The notes: generated by a model not told the origin, from the letters alone. DNA of 32,000 bases from Candidatus Calditenuis fumarioli (GCA_030059665.1 JANVYR010000001.1:544191-576190), one strand, 5' to 3'; numbered from the stretch's first letter, positions 17,218 through 26,847 are shown. A program made the numbers and translations.

Positions 17218-18135
17218 TCAGCTCCTCATTTCTAAGCCGTCGGTGGTTTTGATCTGCACGAGGACCTCCTCGATGCCCTTCTTCAGACGATCCAGCTCGT
17301 CCCCCGTAAGCTGCCTGACGGGTTCCGGAGGCGGCCCGAGGTCAATGCCCCTGATCCTGAGCGCGGACCGCTGGGTCTCGAACTCAACGCCCAATCCCTC
17401 CAATAGCGATGAGGCCCTGTTCACGAGCCGTTGGTACCTGAACCCCTCCTCGATCCTCCCCTCCCTGATCGACCGGTACACTCCCACCACGACCTCCGGG
17501 AAGACGCCCGCGACGCCGCTGACGGTGGCGTTGGCGCCGATCAGGAATCCGTAAGCGATGAGTTCGTCGCTGCCGATCGCGATGAAACGCTTGTCCCTGA
17601 ACTCGGAAACGAGCTCAAGCGCGAGAGCAGGATCTCCGCTGCTGTCCTTGATGCCCTTCACGTTACCCAGCTCTCCCAGAACCCTCGAGATGATCCTGAA
17701 GCTGAGGCTGTAACCCTGCCTCGACGGGATGTTGTACAGGACCACCGGGATCGATGACGTCTCCGAGAGCTCGGCGTAGAACCTGAAGAGCGTCTCCTCG
17801 TCGGGCCTGTAGTAAAACGGGGCCACCGCGGCAGCCGCGGTAGCGCCTATGTCGTTCGCGTGCCTGAGAAGCTCCTTCACCGTCTCCATATCCGATGCGC
17901 CGACGTGAACGATCGCCACCTCGCCCGTCTCCAGGTTGCCGACGAACTTCTCGGCGACGCGCTTCCTGTGCTCGACCCCGTGCCTCGGCCCCTCTCCCCA
18001 GGTACCCAGGACGTAGTAGCCCCTGACTCCTCTACCTCTCAAGAACTCCATGTACGACGGTATCGCGTTCTCGTGGCCTCTGGAAGGCGTGATCGTCGAC
18101 GCGATTACCCCCTCGAACCTGATCAGGTCTGCCAT
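17218..18135 (-). CDS. DapA-family class-I aldolase (dihydrodipicolinate synthase / KDG-aldolase-like)
   Basis: 305 aa with GTWGEG (GTTGE-like), PFYYRP, VVLYNIP and the Schiff-base lysine context VKGIKDSSGD. Confidence 0.8.
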   Translation of the reverse strand: MADLIRFEGVIASTITPSRGHENAIPSYMEFLRGRGVRGYYVLGTWGEGPRHGVEHRKRVAEKFVGNLETGEVAIVHVGASDMETVKELLRHANDIGATAAAAVAPFYYRPDEETLFRFYAELSETSSIPVVLYNIPSRQGYSLSFRIISRVLGELGNVKGIKDSSGDPALALELVSEFRDKRFIAIGSDELIAYGFLIGANATVSGVAGVFPEVVVGVYRSIREGRIEEGFRYQRLVNRASSLLEGLGVEFETQRSALRIRGIDLGPPPEPVRQLTGDELDRLKKGIEEVLVQIKTTDGLEMRS

Positions 18136-18332
18136 CGGAGCTGCAGCAGTTCACCTTAGGTTATCCTTTTCCCTCTTCGTGCAGAACTTCGGCGTGAGCC
18201 GAACGCTAAGGGCGTCGGAAGGCCCTTTCTAAGGGACCGGAGTTCCAGGTGGCACGGCCAGTACGGCATCGACATATCCGATATATACAACGTCGTTCTC
18301 CCGAGGAGGAGGACTGTGCGGAGCGAGGGAAG

Positions 18333-18848
18333 GTGGGCCGGTTGGCGACGCAGAGGGAGCGGTTAGAGCTGATGAGGCAGGGCATCATCAGGGGTGCGAT
18401 AATCCCCAAGCTCGAGGCGGACGGCTTCATGGTCTCCAGCTGGAAGCGGCCCGTATCGTTGGAGGACATGGAGCTCCGGGAGGACGGGTGGGTTCCTTAC
18501 TACACCCAATACACGACGTGGGAGACGTACAAGAGGGAGGAGCCTTTACACCTCTTCTTCAACACCTTCTACGGCGACGTCTACGAGAGAGCGTACAGGC
18601 ACTGCTTCGTGGAGTACCTCCTCCCCATCAAGTCTTCCAGGATACCGATGGCGCTCGTGGGGACCTTCAGCCGCCTCAACCTCAAAGACGGTGGCCACAT
18701 CTGGAAGCACAGGATCATGGTGGACATCTCAGACCCTGACGTCGCGATCACCGAGATCGAGAAGGTCTACGACGAGCTCCTTCTGGCGCTGATCGAGGCC
18801 GGCCTGGTCAAGGTCGTCGAGGACAAGGAGAGGAAAGGCGGTAGGTGA
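18333..18848 (+). CDS. hypothetical protein, unknown family
   Basis: ORF 18249..18848. A TATA-like GATATATACAA at 18283-18293 argues for a start at GTG 18333 or ATG 18372. Aromatic-rich, protein-like sequence (WVPYYTQYTTWETYKREEPLHLFFNTFYGDVYERAYRHCF). Confidence 0.45.
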   Translation: MGRLATQRERLELMRQGIIRGAIIPKLEADGFMVSSWKRPVSLEDMELREDGWVPYYTQYTTWETYKREEPLHLFFNTFYGDVYERAYRHCFVEYLLPIKSSRIPMALVGTFSRLNLKDGGHIWKHRIMVDISDPDVAITEIEKVYDELLLALIEAGLVKVVEDKERKGGR

Positions 18849-18922
18849 TCGGGAAGCGTCGGTCTTCGATGCACCAGCGATTGGAGGGATAAAACGAAGA
18901 AGGTTTTTGGTGATACGCCAGC

Positions 18923-19105
18923 TCAGACTCTGCGTATCGCCGCCTCTATCTTCGACCTGATCTCGGATGGGATCTCGGTGAGATTGTGGGCACGCCTTGC
19001 GTGGACCGCGATCATCTCAAGGGCCTCCTCCTTGCTTCCGGCGCCCCTGATCTCGAATCCGCAGTCCATCCCGACGTCCTTGCACCTGAACTCGTAGCGA
19101 GGCAT
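18923..19105 (-). CDS. DUF1059-family small protein
   Basis: 60 aa, MPRYEFRCKDVGMDCGFEIRG...HARRAHN. Matches my recollection of the DUF1059 pattern. Confidence 0.7.
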   Translation of the reverse strand: MPRYEFRCKDVGMDCGFEIRGAGSKEEALEMIAVHARRAHNLTEIPSEIRSKIEAAIRRV

Positions 19106-19386
19106 CTCGCATCGAGTTGTGCGTCCCTCACCGACAAGCTTTCCGGGATGACCTGATGTGGAGTGTGGTGGCCCGACGGTTCGCGGTCGAGCACCGCTCG
19201 CAAACCGAGCTTCAGGCGGTCAAGAGGGCCCTCATGAGTCCCAGCCGGACCACGTTAGATGCGGCTACTTCTACATGGTGTGATGCGTTCGTGGGATGGT
19301 CTCTCTGAGGTCTCGCGTTCCAGCCGATGGTTCTCCGCAAAACTAAACGATATGTGTTGGATGGGTGGAGCAAAATCCGGTCAGCC

Positions 19387-20103
19387 ATGTCAGCGAGGCG
19401 CGCGACGGCCTACGAGACGGTGACGGCCGCGGTGGACGTGATCAGGTACCTCAAGGAGCGGTACAACTACAGGAAGCTCTCGTCGCTGTTGAAGATACCG
19501 CAATCAACGCTCACGCGCTACGTCAGGGGCGAGACGGTTCCGAGGCTGAGCCACGCGCGTAGGATACTGGAGTGGGGACAGAGGTACCTGAGACCAGAAG
19601 ACCTAGTTAGGGAGTTCGTGAACGGAGAGGACCTCGACGGTTTCGCGAGGATCGTGACGGAGCCATCTGTGGTCAGGATGCTGGCGGGGAGCGCGATCGA
19701 GGCCTTCACCGGCAGGAGGATTCTAGGGGTGCTGAGCATCGACCACCTGGCGCTGCCCATAGCGACGGCCTTCGCGCTGCTCACCGGCACCAAGCTGTTC
19801 CAGCTCTCGGAGGGGCCACAGTGGGGCCGTGAAAGGTCGTTCCCCATATTTTACCGGCATGAGGGTGAACCGTCGCCGAAATGCCTCTGGTGCCCCACAT
19901 CGGTCAGCGAGGCCGGTGATGGGATGCTTCTGATGACGCTCGCCGTCACCCACCACGCCCCACTCTCGGAGGTCATTAAGGCGTTAGAGGAGAGGAAGGT
20001 CCGCGTATCGGGGATATACACGCTGGTGGCCAAGAGGAGGGTCTGGAACGAACTGAGGGTCCCTGTGGCGTGCAAGAAGCACGCGGTCCTTCTCCTCTCG
20101 TGA
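19387..20103 (+). CDS. HTH-domain protein fused to a degenerate phosphoribosyltransferase-like domain (predicted regulator)
   Basis: The N-terminal segment LSSLLKIPQSTLTRYVRGETVP looks like a helix-turn-helix. The C-terminal half has PRTase-like alternating beta/alpha hydrophobic blocks but lacks the acidic PRPP loop (GMLLMTLAVTHHAPLSE). ATG 19387 fits a TATA-like CTAAACGATAT at 19344-19354. The ORF track starts at 19327. Confidence 0.45.
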   Translation: MSARRATAYETVTAAVDVIRYLKERYNYRKLSSLLKIPQSTLTRYVRGETVPRLSHARRILEWGQRYLRPEDLVREFVNGEDLDGFARIVTEPSVVRMLAGSAIEAFTGRRILGVLSIDHLALPIATAFALLTGTKLFQLSEGPQWGRERSFPIFYRHEGEPSPKCLWCPTSVSEAGDGMLLMTLAVTHHAPLSEVIKALEERKVRVSGIYTLVAKRRVWNELRVPVACKKHAVLLLS

Positions 20104-20106
20104 GCT

Positions 20107-20436
20107 TCACGTGTACTCGCGCCATGTGTGACCGCACTTGGTGCACCTGAAGAACTGCGTCATCGGTTCGTCTGCGGACCTCGTCTGGACAGTCCACCAG
20201 TAGGCTTCCCGGTTGCCGCACTGTGGGCAGACCACGTCGGTCGTCTTCGGATGGATCGAGGCCTCGTCGCTCTCGTCCACCACGATGGCCTTCCTCCTCT
20301 GGGCCCTGACCCTTCCGAGGTTGACTGTGACCGATCCCGAAGCCTTCTTGTAACCGCACTTCCTGCAGACCAGCACGACGCCCGATGAGGTCCGTGTCGA
20401 GGTCATGAAGCCGCCGCACTTCGGACAGAACTCCAT
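20107..20436 (-). CDS. tfs: transcription factor S (TFS / RpoM-like cleavage factor)
   Basis: 109 aa with two zinc ribbons (CPKCGG...CRKCG and CPQCGN...CTKCGH) and the TFIIS acidic-hairpin context QTRSADEPMTQFFRC. Alternative start ATG 20454. The remaining upstream part of the 334-aa ORF-track entry is antisense to the next gene. Confidence 0.85.
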   Translation of the reverse strand: MEFCPKCGGFMTSTRTSSGVVLVCRKCGYKKASGSVTVNLGRVRAQRRKAIVVDESDEASIHPKTTDVVCPQCGNREAYWWTVQTRSADEPMTQFFRCTKCGHTWREYT

Positions 20437-20502
20437 CCTCTCCCGGCACGACATCGCAGCTATGTATATGTTAGCTGTTCGTATGGGTCCGGGGGTGATC
20501 GA

Positions 20503-21492
20503 TTGGAGAGGGTGAGGGTCGCCGTTATCGGCGCAGGGTTCTGGGGGAGGAACCACGTCAGGGTGCTGACCGAGCTCGATGGGTGTGAGGTGGTTGCGGT
20601 CTGCGACATCGACCTCGACAGGGCCAAAAGGGTCGCACAGGCTTTCGGTGTTCCGAGGTACACCGCAGACTACAGGGAGCTCTGCGAGGACGACTCCGTG
20701 GACGCGGTCACCGTCTGCACCCCATCCACCACCCACGCCAGGATGGCCGTCGACTTCGTCTCGTCGGGGAAGGACGTGCTGGTGGAGAAGCCGATGGCCT
20801 CGAACCTGGAGGAGGCGCTGTGGATGGCCGACGAGATCAGGTCGTCCGGAAGGTCCGTGATGGTCGGGTTCATCGAGCGCTTCAACCCGGCGGTGCAGAA
20901 GGCGGTCGAGATGCTGCGCCAGCGGAGGATCGGTGACCCCATCCTGATCTACGGCAGGAGGATAGGGCCGTGGCCCGAACGGATAGGAGACGTCGGGGTG
21001 ATCCACGACACCGCCATCCACGACATCGACCTCTCGGTGCACCTGTTCGGCGGCCTTCCGAGGTCGGTCTTCGCCGTCGGAGGCTCGGTCATACACACGA
21101 AGGAGGATCACGTCCAGTCGACGCTCGACTTCGGAGGGGGAAGGTCTGCGATGATCGAGGCCAACTGGCTCACCCCCAGGAAGAAAAGGGAGATGTTCGT
21201 GACGGGGACCGAGGGGGTGCTGAGCATCGAGTTCCTCAGGAGGGAGGTGGTGCTCGAGAAGGCCGATGGCTCCTACTCTCCCGTGGTGGAGCAGCGTGAA
21301 CCCCTGAAAGTGGAGCTCGAGAACTTCGTCAGGTCGATAGCTACCGGGAGCCCTCCCTCACCGGATTACCGGGACGGCCTGATCTCGACGGCGATCGCCG
21401 AGGCAATCCTCCTCTCGATCAGAAGAGGGAGGACCGTTCACCTCGACGAGCTGGTCAGCCTCCGGGAGCTGGGGGTCGATGTAAGGGATTAG
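20503..21492 (+). CDS. Gfo/Idh/MocA-family NAD(P)-dependent oxidoreductase
   Basis: N-terminal Rossmann motif RVAVIGAGFWGRNH, EKPMA motif (VLVEKPMASN), 329 aa. Confidence 0.8.
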   Translation: MERVRVAVIGAGFWGRNHVRVLTELDGCEVVAVCDIDLDRAKRVAQAFGVPRYTADYRELCEDDSVDAVTVCTPSTTHARMAVDFVSSGKDVLVEKPMASNLEEALWMADEIRSSGRSVMVGFIERFNPAVQKAVEMLRQRRIGDPILIYGRRIGPWPERIGDVGVIHDTAIHDIDLSVHLFGGLPRSVFAVGGSVIHTKEDHVQSTLDFGGGRSAMIEANWLTPRKKREMFVTGTEGVLSIEFLRREVVLEKADGSYSPVVEQREPLKVELENFVRSIATGSPPSPDYRDGLISTAIAEAILLSIRRGRTVHLDELVSLRELGVDVRD

Positions 21493-21553
21493 ACGGGTCG
21501 CTGCCTGGGTCGTCGCGAACAACCCTATGTTTCGGTTTTGGGGCTGATGGCCG

Positions 21554-22168
21554 ATGGACCTCGACGTCAGGACGGTGACTGTCGGTCCGCTCATGACCAA
21601 CTGCTACGTGCTCGTCTCCGCGGGGGAGGCGCTCGTCGTCGATCCTGGATGGGAGGTGGAGAAGATCCTGGCCGAGCTGTCGGGGCTGAGGGTCGTCGGG
21701 ATAGTGGCGACGCACGCCCACTTCGACCACGTAGGAGCTGTGGAGGAGCTCAAGGAGAGGTTAGGCGTTGAGTTCCTCATGCACAGGGCTGACGTTCCGC
21801 TGCTGGATTACGTGGAGGAGTTCGCTTCTCGTTTCGGACTGAGGGTCAGGAGGCCCAAGCCGGACAGGTTCGTCGAGGACGGTGATGAGCTGCGGGTGGG
21901 TGATGTGAAGCTCAGGGTGCTGCACACTCCGGGTCACTCGCCGGGGAGCATCTGTCTCCACCACGATCTTGTGCTGCTCTCCGGTGACACGCTCTTCAAC
22001 GGATCGGTGGGCAGGACCGACTTCGTTGGAGGCAGCTTCGAGCAGCTGGAGCTTTCGATCAAAACCAAGATCTACACGCTCGACGACGCCACGATAGTGT
22101 ACCCAGGTCACGGACCGATAACGACCGTCGGGACGGAGAAGGCGTTCAACCCGTTTGTCAGGCCATGA
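21554..22168 (+). CDS. MBL-fold metallo-hydrolase (glyoxalase II-like)
   Basis: THAHFDHVG metal motif, HTPGHSPGS, later GHG. 204 aa. The stop overlaps the next start (ATGA 22165-22168). Confidence 0.8.
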   Translation: MDLDVRTVTVGPLMTNCYVLVSAGEALVVDPGWEVEKILAELSGLRVVGIVATHAHFDHVGAVEELKERLGVEFLMHRADVPLLDYVEEFASRFGLRVRRPKPDRFVEDGDELRVGDVKLRVLHTPGHSPGSICLHHDLVLLSGDTLFNGSVGRTDFVGGSFEQLELSIKTKIYTLDDATIVYPGHGPITTVGTEKAFNPFVRP

Positions 22169-22869
22169 CCCCGGATGCCTGGGCCGATCTCGTGGAGCGG
22201 ATCGTTTCCTGTGAGAGGTGTCCGAGGCTCGTAGAGCACAGGAGGAGGGTTGCCGAGAACCCGCCGAAGAGGTACAGGGGCCAGCAGTACTGGGCCAGAC
22301 CACTTCCGGGCTTCGGGGATAGGAACGCGAGGATCCTCGTGGTGGGACTTGCGCCGGCGGCCCACGGAGGCAACAGGACCGGCAGGATGTTCACAGGCGA
22401 CTCGTCGGCCGACTTCCTGATGAGGACGCTCCACTCCCTGGGGTTGGCCAGCATGCCGAGGTCGGTGAGCAGGGACGACGGCCTTCAGCTCTGGGACGTC
22501 TTCCTAACCGCGCCGGTGAGATGCGTACCTCCCGAGAACAGGCCGACGCGCGAGGAACTCGAGAACTGCTACCCGTTTCTGAGGGAGGAGTTTGCGCTGC
22601 TGGGGAACGTGAGGGTGATAGTGGCGCTCGGAGCGATAGGGTTCTCGGCTGTGAGGCGTCTGCTGGCAGACGAAGGTTTCTCGCCGGTGGGAAAGAGGAC
22701 TCCCAAGTTCTCTCACGGGGCCCACTACGAGTTCAGGAACCGGGAGGGCAGGAGAATTCACCTCCTGGCGTCCTATCACCCGTCGAGGCAGAACACCAAC
22801 ACCGGGAGGCTCACCGAGGCGATGTTCAGGAGGGTCTTCCGCAGGGCGATTGAGCTGGCCAGGTCCTGA
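22165..22869 (+). CDS. uracil-DNA glycosylase, family 5 (UDGb-type, Fe-S)
   Basis: Motif A VVGLAPAAHGGNRTGRMFTGD (Ala in place of the family-4 acidic residue), motif B SYHPSRQNTNTG, N-terminal CERCPRL cysteines. Confidence 0.8.
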   Translation: MTPDAWADLVERIVSCERCPRLVEHRRRVAENPPKRYRGQQYWARPLPGFGDRNARILVVGLAPAAHGGNRTGRMFTGDSSADFLMRTLHSLGLASMPRSVSRDDGLQLWDVFLTAPVRCVPPENRPTREELENCYPFLREEFALLGNVRVIVALGAIGFSAVRRLLADEGFSPVGKRTPKFSHGAHYEFRNREGRRIHLLASYHPSRQNTNTGRLTEAMFRRVFRRAIELARS

Positions 22870-22883
22870 TGCCCCCGTAACAG

Positions 22884-23924
22884 TCACCCCTGCTCTATCC
22901 TGATGAGGTCCGAACTCTCCCGGACGAACCTGTTGATCCCCGTCTGGGCGATCAGCCTGCAGTTGTCCAAAATCTCCACGAGGTTCGTCAGCATCAGCCG
23001 GTACGAGAGCGACTTCTGGACGTCCCTCACCGACTCCAGCACGGTTGACTCTAGCGCGTTTATGCGGTCCAGCAGCTCCGGCACCTTATCGAGGGCCTGA
23101 TTCAGCAGCTTGATGTCCGAGACGAGGTAGCCGTTGAGGGACATCCCGAAGACGTTCGAGACCTCCGAGGCCAGCTCCTTCAGATGCTCTACCAGCTGCC
23201 TCCCCTCCCTTCCCCTCGACTGGCCCAGCTTCACCACCTCCCTCGAGACCTGAAGCGCGTGGTCAGCCGTCTCCTCGACCGCGGCAAGCACGACCCTGAG
23301 ACCCGTGAGCGCCAACGGCGAGTCGAGCCCGACCTCCTTCAGCAGCGACCTCTCGCGTGCTGTGGTGAGGAGCTGCCTCAAAGCCAAGAAGTAGTAGGAG
23401 TCGATCTTCTGCTCAGCCCTAGAGACCTCTGCTGCCTTCTCGGACATGTTGTGGATCAGCGCGTCGACGGAGGACTCGATCATCCATGCTATGAGCTCCT
23501 GCATCCTCCTCAGCAACTCGACCACCGTGTACCTCCTCGAGTCGATGAGGACCTTCATCACCACCTCGTAGTCGTCCTGCCTCACGACCTCCAGACCCGG
23601 CAGCCTCTCGATGGTCCCGAGTATCCAGTCCAGCTTCTGAGCCGCGAGCCCCGTCTTCGACTCGATGACGATCTCGTCATAGCCCTGGAGGTAGCACGCC
23701 GTGACGATCCTCTCGAGGACCTCTCCCCTCTCGATGGCGTCCCCGTTCACGACGGCCCTTAGCGTCCTCGTCTCCCTCGGGGCCAACCGTATGAAGAGGC
23801 CCTCGTCCAGCTGCTCGACGTACACCGAGTCGCCCGGCTTGAGGCCCCTCTCCAGCGCCCACTTCCTCGGCAGCGACACCACCAGCGTCGTCGTACCCAA
23901 TTTCTGGAGCCTCCTGATCTCCAA
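22884..23924 (-). CDS. AbrB/SpoVT-domain + PhoU-domain regulator (archaeal phosphate-uptake-regulator-like)
   Basis: N-terminal LQKLGTTTLVVSLPRKWALERGLKPGDSVYV (SpoVT-AbrB swapped hairpin), followed by two helical PhoU-like repeats. TTG start. Confidence 0.8.
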   Translation of the reverse strand: MEIRRLQKLGTTTLVVSLPRKWALERGLKPGDSVYVEQLDEGLFIRLAPRETRTLRAVVNGDAIERGEVLERIVTACYLQGYDEIVIESKTGLAAQKLDWILGTIERLPGLEVVRQDDYEVVMKVLIDSRRYTVVELLRRMQELIAWMIESSVDALIHNMSEKAAEVSRAEQKIDSYYFLALRQLLTTARERSLLKEVGLDSPLALTGLRVVLAAVEETADHALQVSREVVKLGQSRGREGRQLVEHLKELASEVSNVFGMSLNGYLVSDIKLLNQALDKVPELLDRINALESTVLESVRDVQKSLSYRLMLTNLVEILDNCRLIAQTGINRFVRESSDLIRIEQG

Positions 23925-23934
23925 CCCCGTCCCA

Positions 23935-23952
23935 GTATATGCGTGAATATAC
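23935..23952. promoter_or_regulatory. inverted repeat GTATAT-N6-ATATAC overlapping the A/T-rich promoter region of the AbrB-PhoU gene
   Basis: Read directly. It sits 11-28 nt upstream of TTG 23924 on the minus strand. It could be just the TATA box or an autoregulatory site. Confidence 0.25.
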
Positions 23953-24149
23953 CATATTTGACTGTTGCGCGAACACGGTCCATGCCAATTCGTTGGCTAT
24001 TAAGGACCTCATGAGGACGACGTGAAGGCACCCCACTTCTCAGCTTGCGGGGCTGAGCGCTGAACGGGCTGCTGCAACTCGCTGCGGAGGGCTCGACCGT
24101 CAAGCCCGGAGCACGCACATTTTTTATTTCTACTGAAGTTGGGTGGAGC

Positions 24150-25052
24150 GTGAGCCCGCAGGAGGGGAGGGAGCCCCTGGTTTACATCAACGGCGAGCTG
24201 TATCCCAAATCTGAGGCGAAGGTCTCGGTCTTCGACCACGGCCTCCTCTACGGAGACGGTGTCTTCGAGGGCATAAGGGTCTACAACGGCGTGATCTTCA
24301 AGCTCCGGGAGCACGTGGACCGGCTGTACAGGTCCGCGAAGGTCCTGAGGCTGAGCATCCCGATGGACAGGGAGCAGATGGTGCAGGAGGTCGTGCGGAC
24401 GGTGAGGGCCAACGGCTTCAGGGACGCCTACATCAGGCTGATCGTCACGAGGGGTGTCGGTGACCTGGGACTGGACCCGAGGAAGTGCGGAAGGCCGAAC
24501 GTCATCATCATCGTGGAGCACCTCGAGCCGATCCTCGGTTCTGGTGTCAGGGAGAAGGGGATCACGGTCATCTTCAGCTCGACGAGGAGGGACCCGGTCC
24601 AGTCGACGAGCCACGAGGTCAAGTCCCTCAACTACCTGAACTCGATACTCGCGAAGATAGAGGCGATCGAGGCGGGTGCGGACGACGCGATAATGCTCGA
24701 CAGCAGGGGCTTCGTTGCGGAGGCCACGGGCGCCAACGTCTTCATCGTCAGGAACGGGACGCTGATCACACCACCGGTCACCACTGGAATACTGCCGGGG
24801 ATAACGAGGGCGGTCGTGATCGAGATCGCAGGGAAGCTGGGCATACCGGTTCAGGAGCGGGACATCACGCCAGTCGAGTTCATGACCGCGGACGAGGCCT
24901 TCGTGACCGGGACGGGTGCGGAGCTCGTGCCGATAGGATACGTTGGCAAGGTCCCGATAGGAGACGGTAGGCCGGGGCCGATCTTCAGGCGCATCCTCGA
25001 GGAGTTCAATAGGTACAAGGTCGATCCGAGGAACGGCGTGCCAGCCTTCTGA
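24150..25052 (+). CDS. ilvE: branched-chain amino acid aminotransferase (class IV)
   Basis: VFDHGLLYGDGVFEGIRVYNG, the YIRLIVTRG block, and the C-terminal EAFVTGTGAELVPI block. 300 aa. Confidence 0.85.
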   Translation: MSPQEGREPLVYINGELYPKSEAKVSVFDHGLLYGDGVFEGIRVYNGVIFKLREHVDRLYRSAKVLRLSIPMDREQMVQEVVRTVRANGFRDAYIRLIVTRGVGDLGLDPRKCGRPNVIIIVEHLEPILGSGVREKGITVIFSSTRRDPVQSTSHEVKSLNYLNSILAKIEAIEAGADDAIMLDSRGFVAEATGANVFIVRNGTLITPPVTTGILPGITRAVVIEIAGKLGIPVQERDITPVEFMTADEAFVTGTGAELVPIGYVGKVPIGDGRPGPIFRRILEEFNRYKVDPRNGVPAF

Positions 25053-25161
25053 CGCGCGGAACCCGGAACCGCACGGTCATTGCGATTTTCGCGATGTGAG
25101 GGTGACGCGACGCGATTCGGGAGTCGGATTCAGATCTCACCGAAACGAGGGGCCCTTGGCG

Positions 25162-26613
25162 TCACTTCAGAAAGCCCCAGGCGACCAGCACGTTCTGGAC
25201 TGCACCGACGTAGATCCCGAAGGTGACGAGGAGCGCCAACAGCACAACCATCGGAGCCATCATCGAGATGGGAGCGTCGTGAGCGTGCCTGTGCTCCCCC
25301 ACCTGGAAGACGTACATGAAGGTCCTGGTGTAGTAGCCGAGCGTGATGGCGGTGGTTAGGATCGCTATCGAGGTGAGCAGCCAGAGCCCGGCCTGGAAGC
25401 CTCCGAGGAAGATCACCAGCTCGCTGAAGAAGCCCGCGAGGGGAGGAGTACCGGCGATGGAGAGACCTCCGGCGAGGAAGGCAACGGCGGTGAAGGGCAT
25501 GCTCGACATGAGACCGCCGAGCTTCCGGATGTCACGCTCCCCGACGGAGTGGATGATCACGCCTGCGGTCATGAAGAGCAGGGACTTCGCGAGTCCGTGC
25601 GTCACCACCTGGAGGAGCCCTCCCATGACGCCGACGGGTGCGAGGAGCGAGAGGCCGAAGGAGATGTACCCGATCTGGCTCACGGAGCTGTAGGCGAGGA
25701 CCCTCTTGATGTCCGTCTGGACGAGTGCCATGGCTCCTCCCCAGATCATGGTGACGACGGAGAGCAGGGCGATGGCGCTGGCGAAGGGCTTGAAGTGCGG
25801 TCCCAGCATCTCGATCACTATCCTGGCGAAGGCGTAGACGCCGGTCTTGATCATCACGCCGCTCAGGAGGACGCTGATCGGTGTCGGAGCCTCGGCGTGG
25901 GCGTCGGGTAGCCAGGTGTGGACCGGGAAGAGGGCCATCTTCACCGCTGCGCCTGCGAAGATCAGGAGCGAGACGATCTGGAGCTCGGGCCTCGTGTCCA
26001 ACGGTGCCCTGCTGAGGAGCGTGGAGAACTCGACGTTACCGTAGAGCACGTTGAGCCATACGATGCCGGTCAGGAGCGCGAGGGCGCCGGCGTGGGTCAT
26101 GGCGAAGTACTTGAAGCCGATAACGCGGGCGTTCCCTGTCCCCCAGTAGGCGATCAGGAAGTAGCTCGGGATCAGCATCAGCTCCCAGAAGATGTAGAAC
26201 AGGAAGAGGTTGGTGACGAGGACGACGCCGAGCATCCCTCCCACGAAGAGCAGCAGAAGGGCGTAGTAGGCTTCAAGGCCCCGCTCGCCCTCCATGTACC
26301 TCGAGGAGTAGACGCTGGCGAGGAAGCCGACCAGTGCTATCAGCGTCAGGAAGAGGAGGCTCAGGCCGTCGAGCCTGAAGCCGAGGGAGAGGCCGAGCTG
26401 CGGCAGCCAAGGATATCTCTCCTCGATGACGCGTCCGGAGGCGACCTGGAGGGCGTTCAGCGCGGTGAGCGCCAGGACCACTCCCAGCACCGCGTGGGAG
26501 ATCAGCTCCGAGGCCCTGTGGCCAGCGATCCGGCCGAACAGGAACGCGAGCGGCGCGAATCCCACGGGGAGGGCGACCGTCAGCAGCAGAGAGGGCACTT
26601 CCAGCTCGATCAT
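25162..26613 (-). CDS. antiporter-like proton-translocating membrane subunit (NuoN/NuoM/MrpD family)
   Basis: 483 aa, about 14 TM helices, hallmark HTWLPDAHAEAPTPISVLLSGVMIKTGVY segment of the NuoL/M/N-MrpA/D family. Confidence 0.8.
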   Translation of the reverse strand: MIELEVPSLLLTVALPVGFAPLAFLFGRIAGHRASELISHAVLGVVLALTALNALQVASGRVIEERYPWLPQLGLSLGFRLDGLSLLFLTLIALVGFLASVYSSRYMEGERGLEAYYALLLLFVGGMLGVVLVTNLFLFYIFWELMLIPSYFLIAYWGTGNARVIGFKYFAMTHAGALALLTGIVWLNVLYGNVEFSTLLSRAPLDTRPELQIVSLLIFAGAAVKMALFPVHTWLPDAHAEAPTPISVLLSGVMIKTGVYAFARIVIEMLGPHFKPFASAIALLSVVTMIWGGAMALVQTDIKRVLAYSSVSQIGYISFGLSLLAPVGVMGGLLQVVTHGLAKSLLFMTAGVIIHSVGERDIRKLGGLMSSMPFTAVAFLAGGLSIAGTPPLAGFFSELVIFLGGFQAGLWLLTSIAILTTAITLGYYTRTFMYVFQVGEHRHAHDAPISMMAPMVVLLALLVTFGIYVGAVQNVLVAWGFLK

Positions 26614-26838
26614 TCAACGATCGGCCCGACTCCGTTTATTTAAATGCGACACGCGACGGATCCGGTCCGCCGGACGACCCGTGAGGACGACTATGGCCAG
26701 AGATGCGCGTCTCTTGGTGTACCGGCAACGCCTTCGCATCAGCATTTGAAATTACTGCAAAAGATGCCAAGTCCGGTCGAGCGAATTATGGTATTCCAGA
26801 AATACCAAAAAACCGTCCCGATCTACGCCAAGCTACGC

Positions 26839-26847
26839 TTATATTTT
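26839..26847 (+). promoter_or_regulatory. TATA box for the secreted-protein / signal-peptidase cassette
   Basis: TTATATTTT, centred about 26 nt upstream of ATG 26869, predicting a leaderless or near-leaderless mRNA. It lies in an A/T-rich 255-bp intergenic region. Confidence 0.45.

Noticed and set aside
20437-21111. Upstream two-thirds of the 334-aa minus-strand ORF 20107..21111
   Set aside because: Only the last 109-115 codons are TFS. The rest is antisense to the Gfo/Idh/MocA oxidoreductase and crosses the A/T-rich divergent promoter (TATGTATATGTTAG at 20461-20474).
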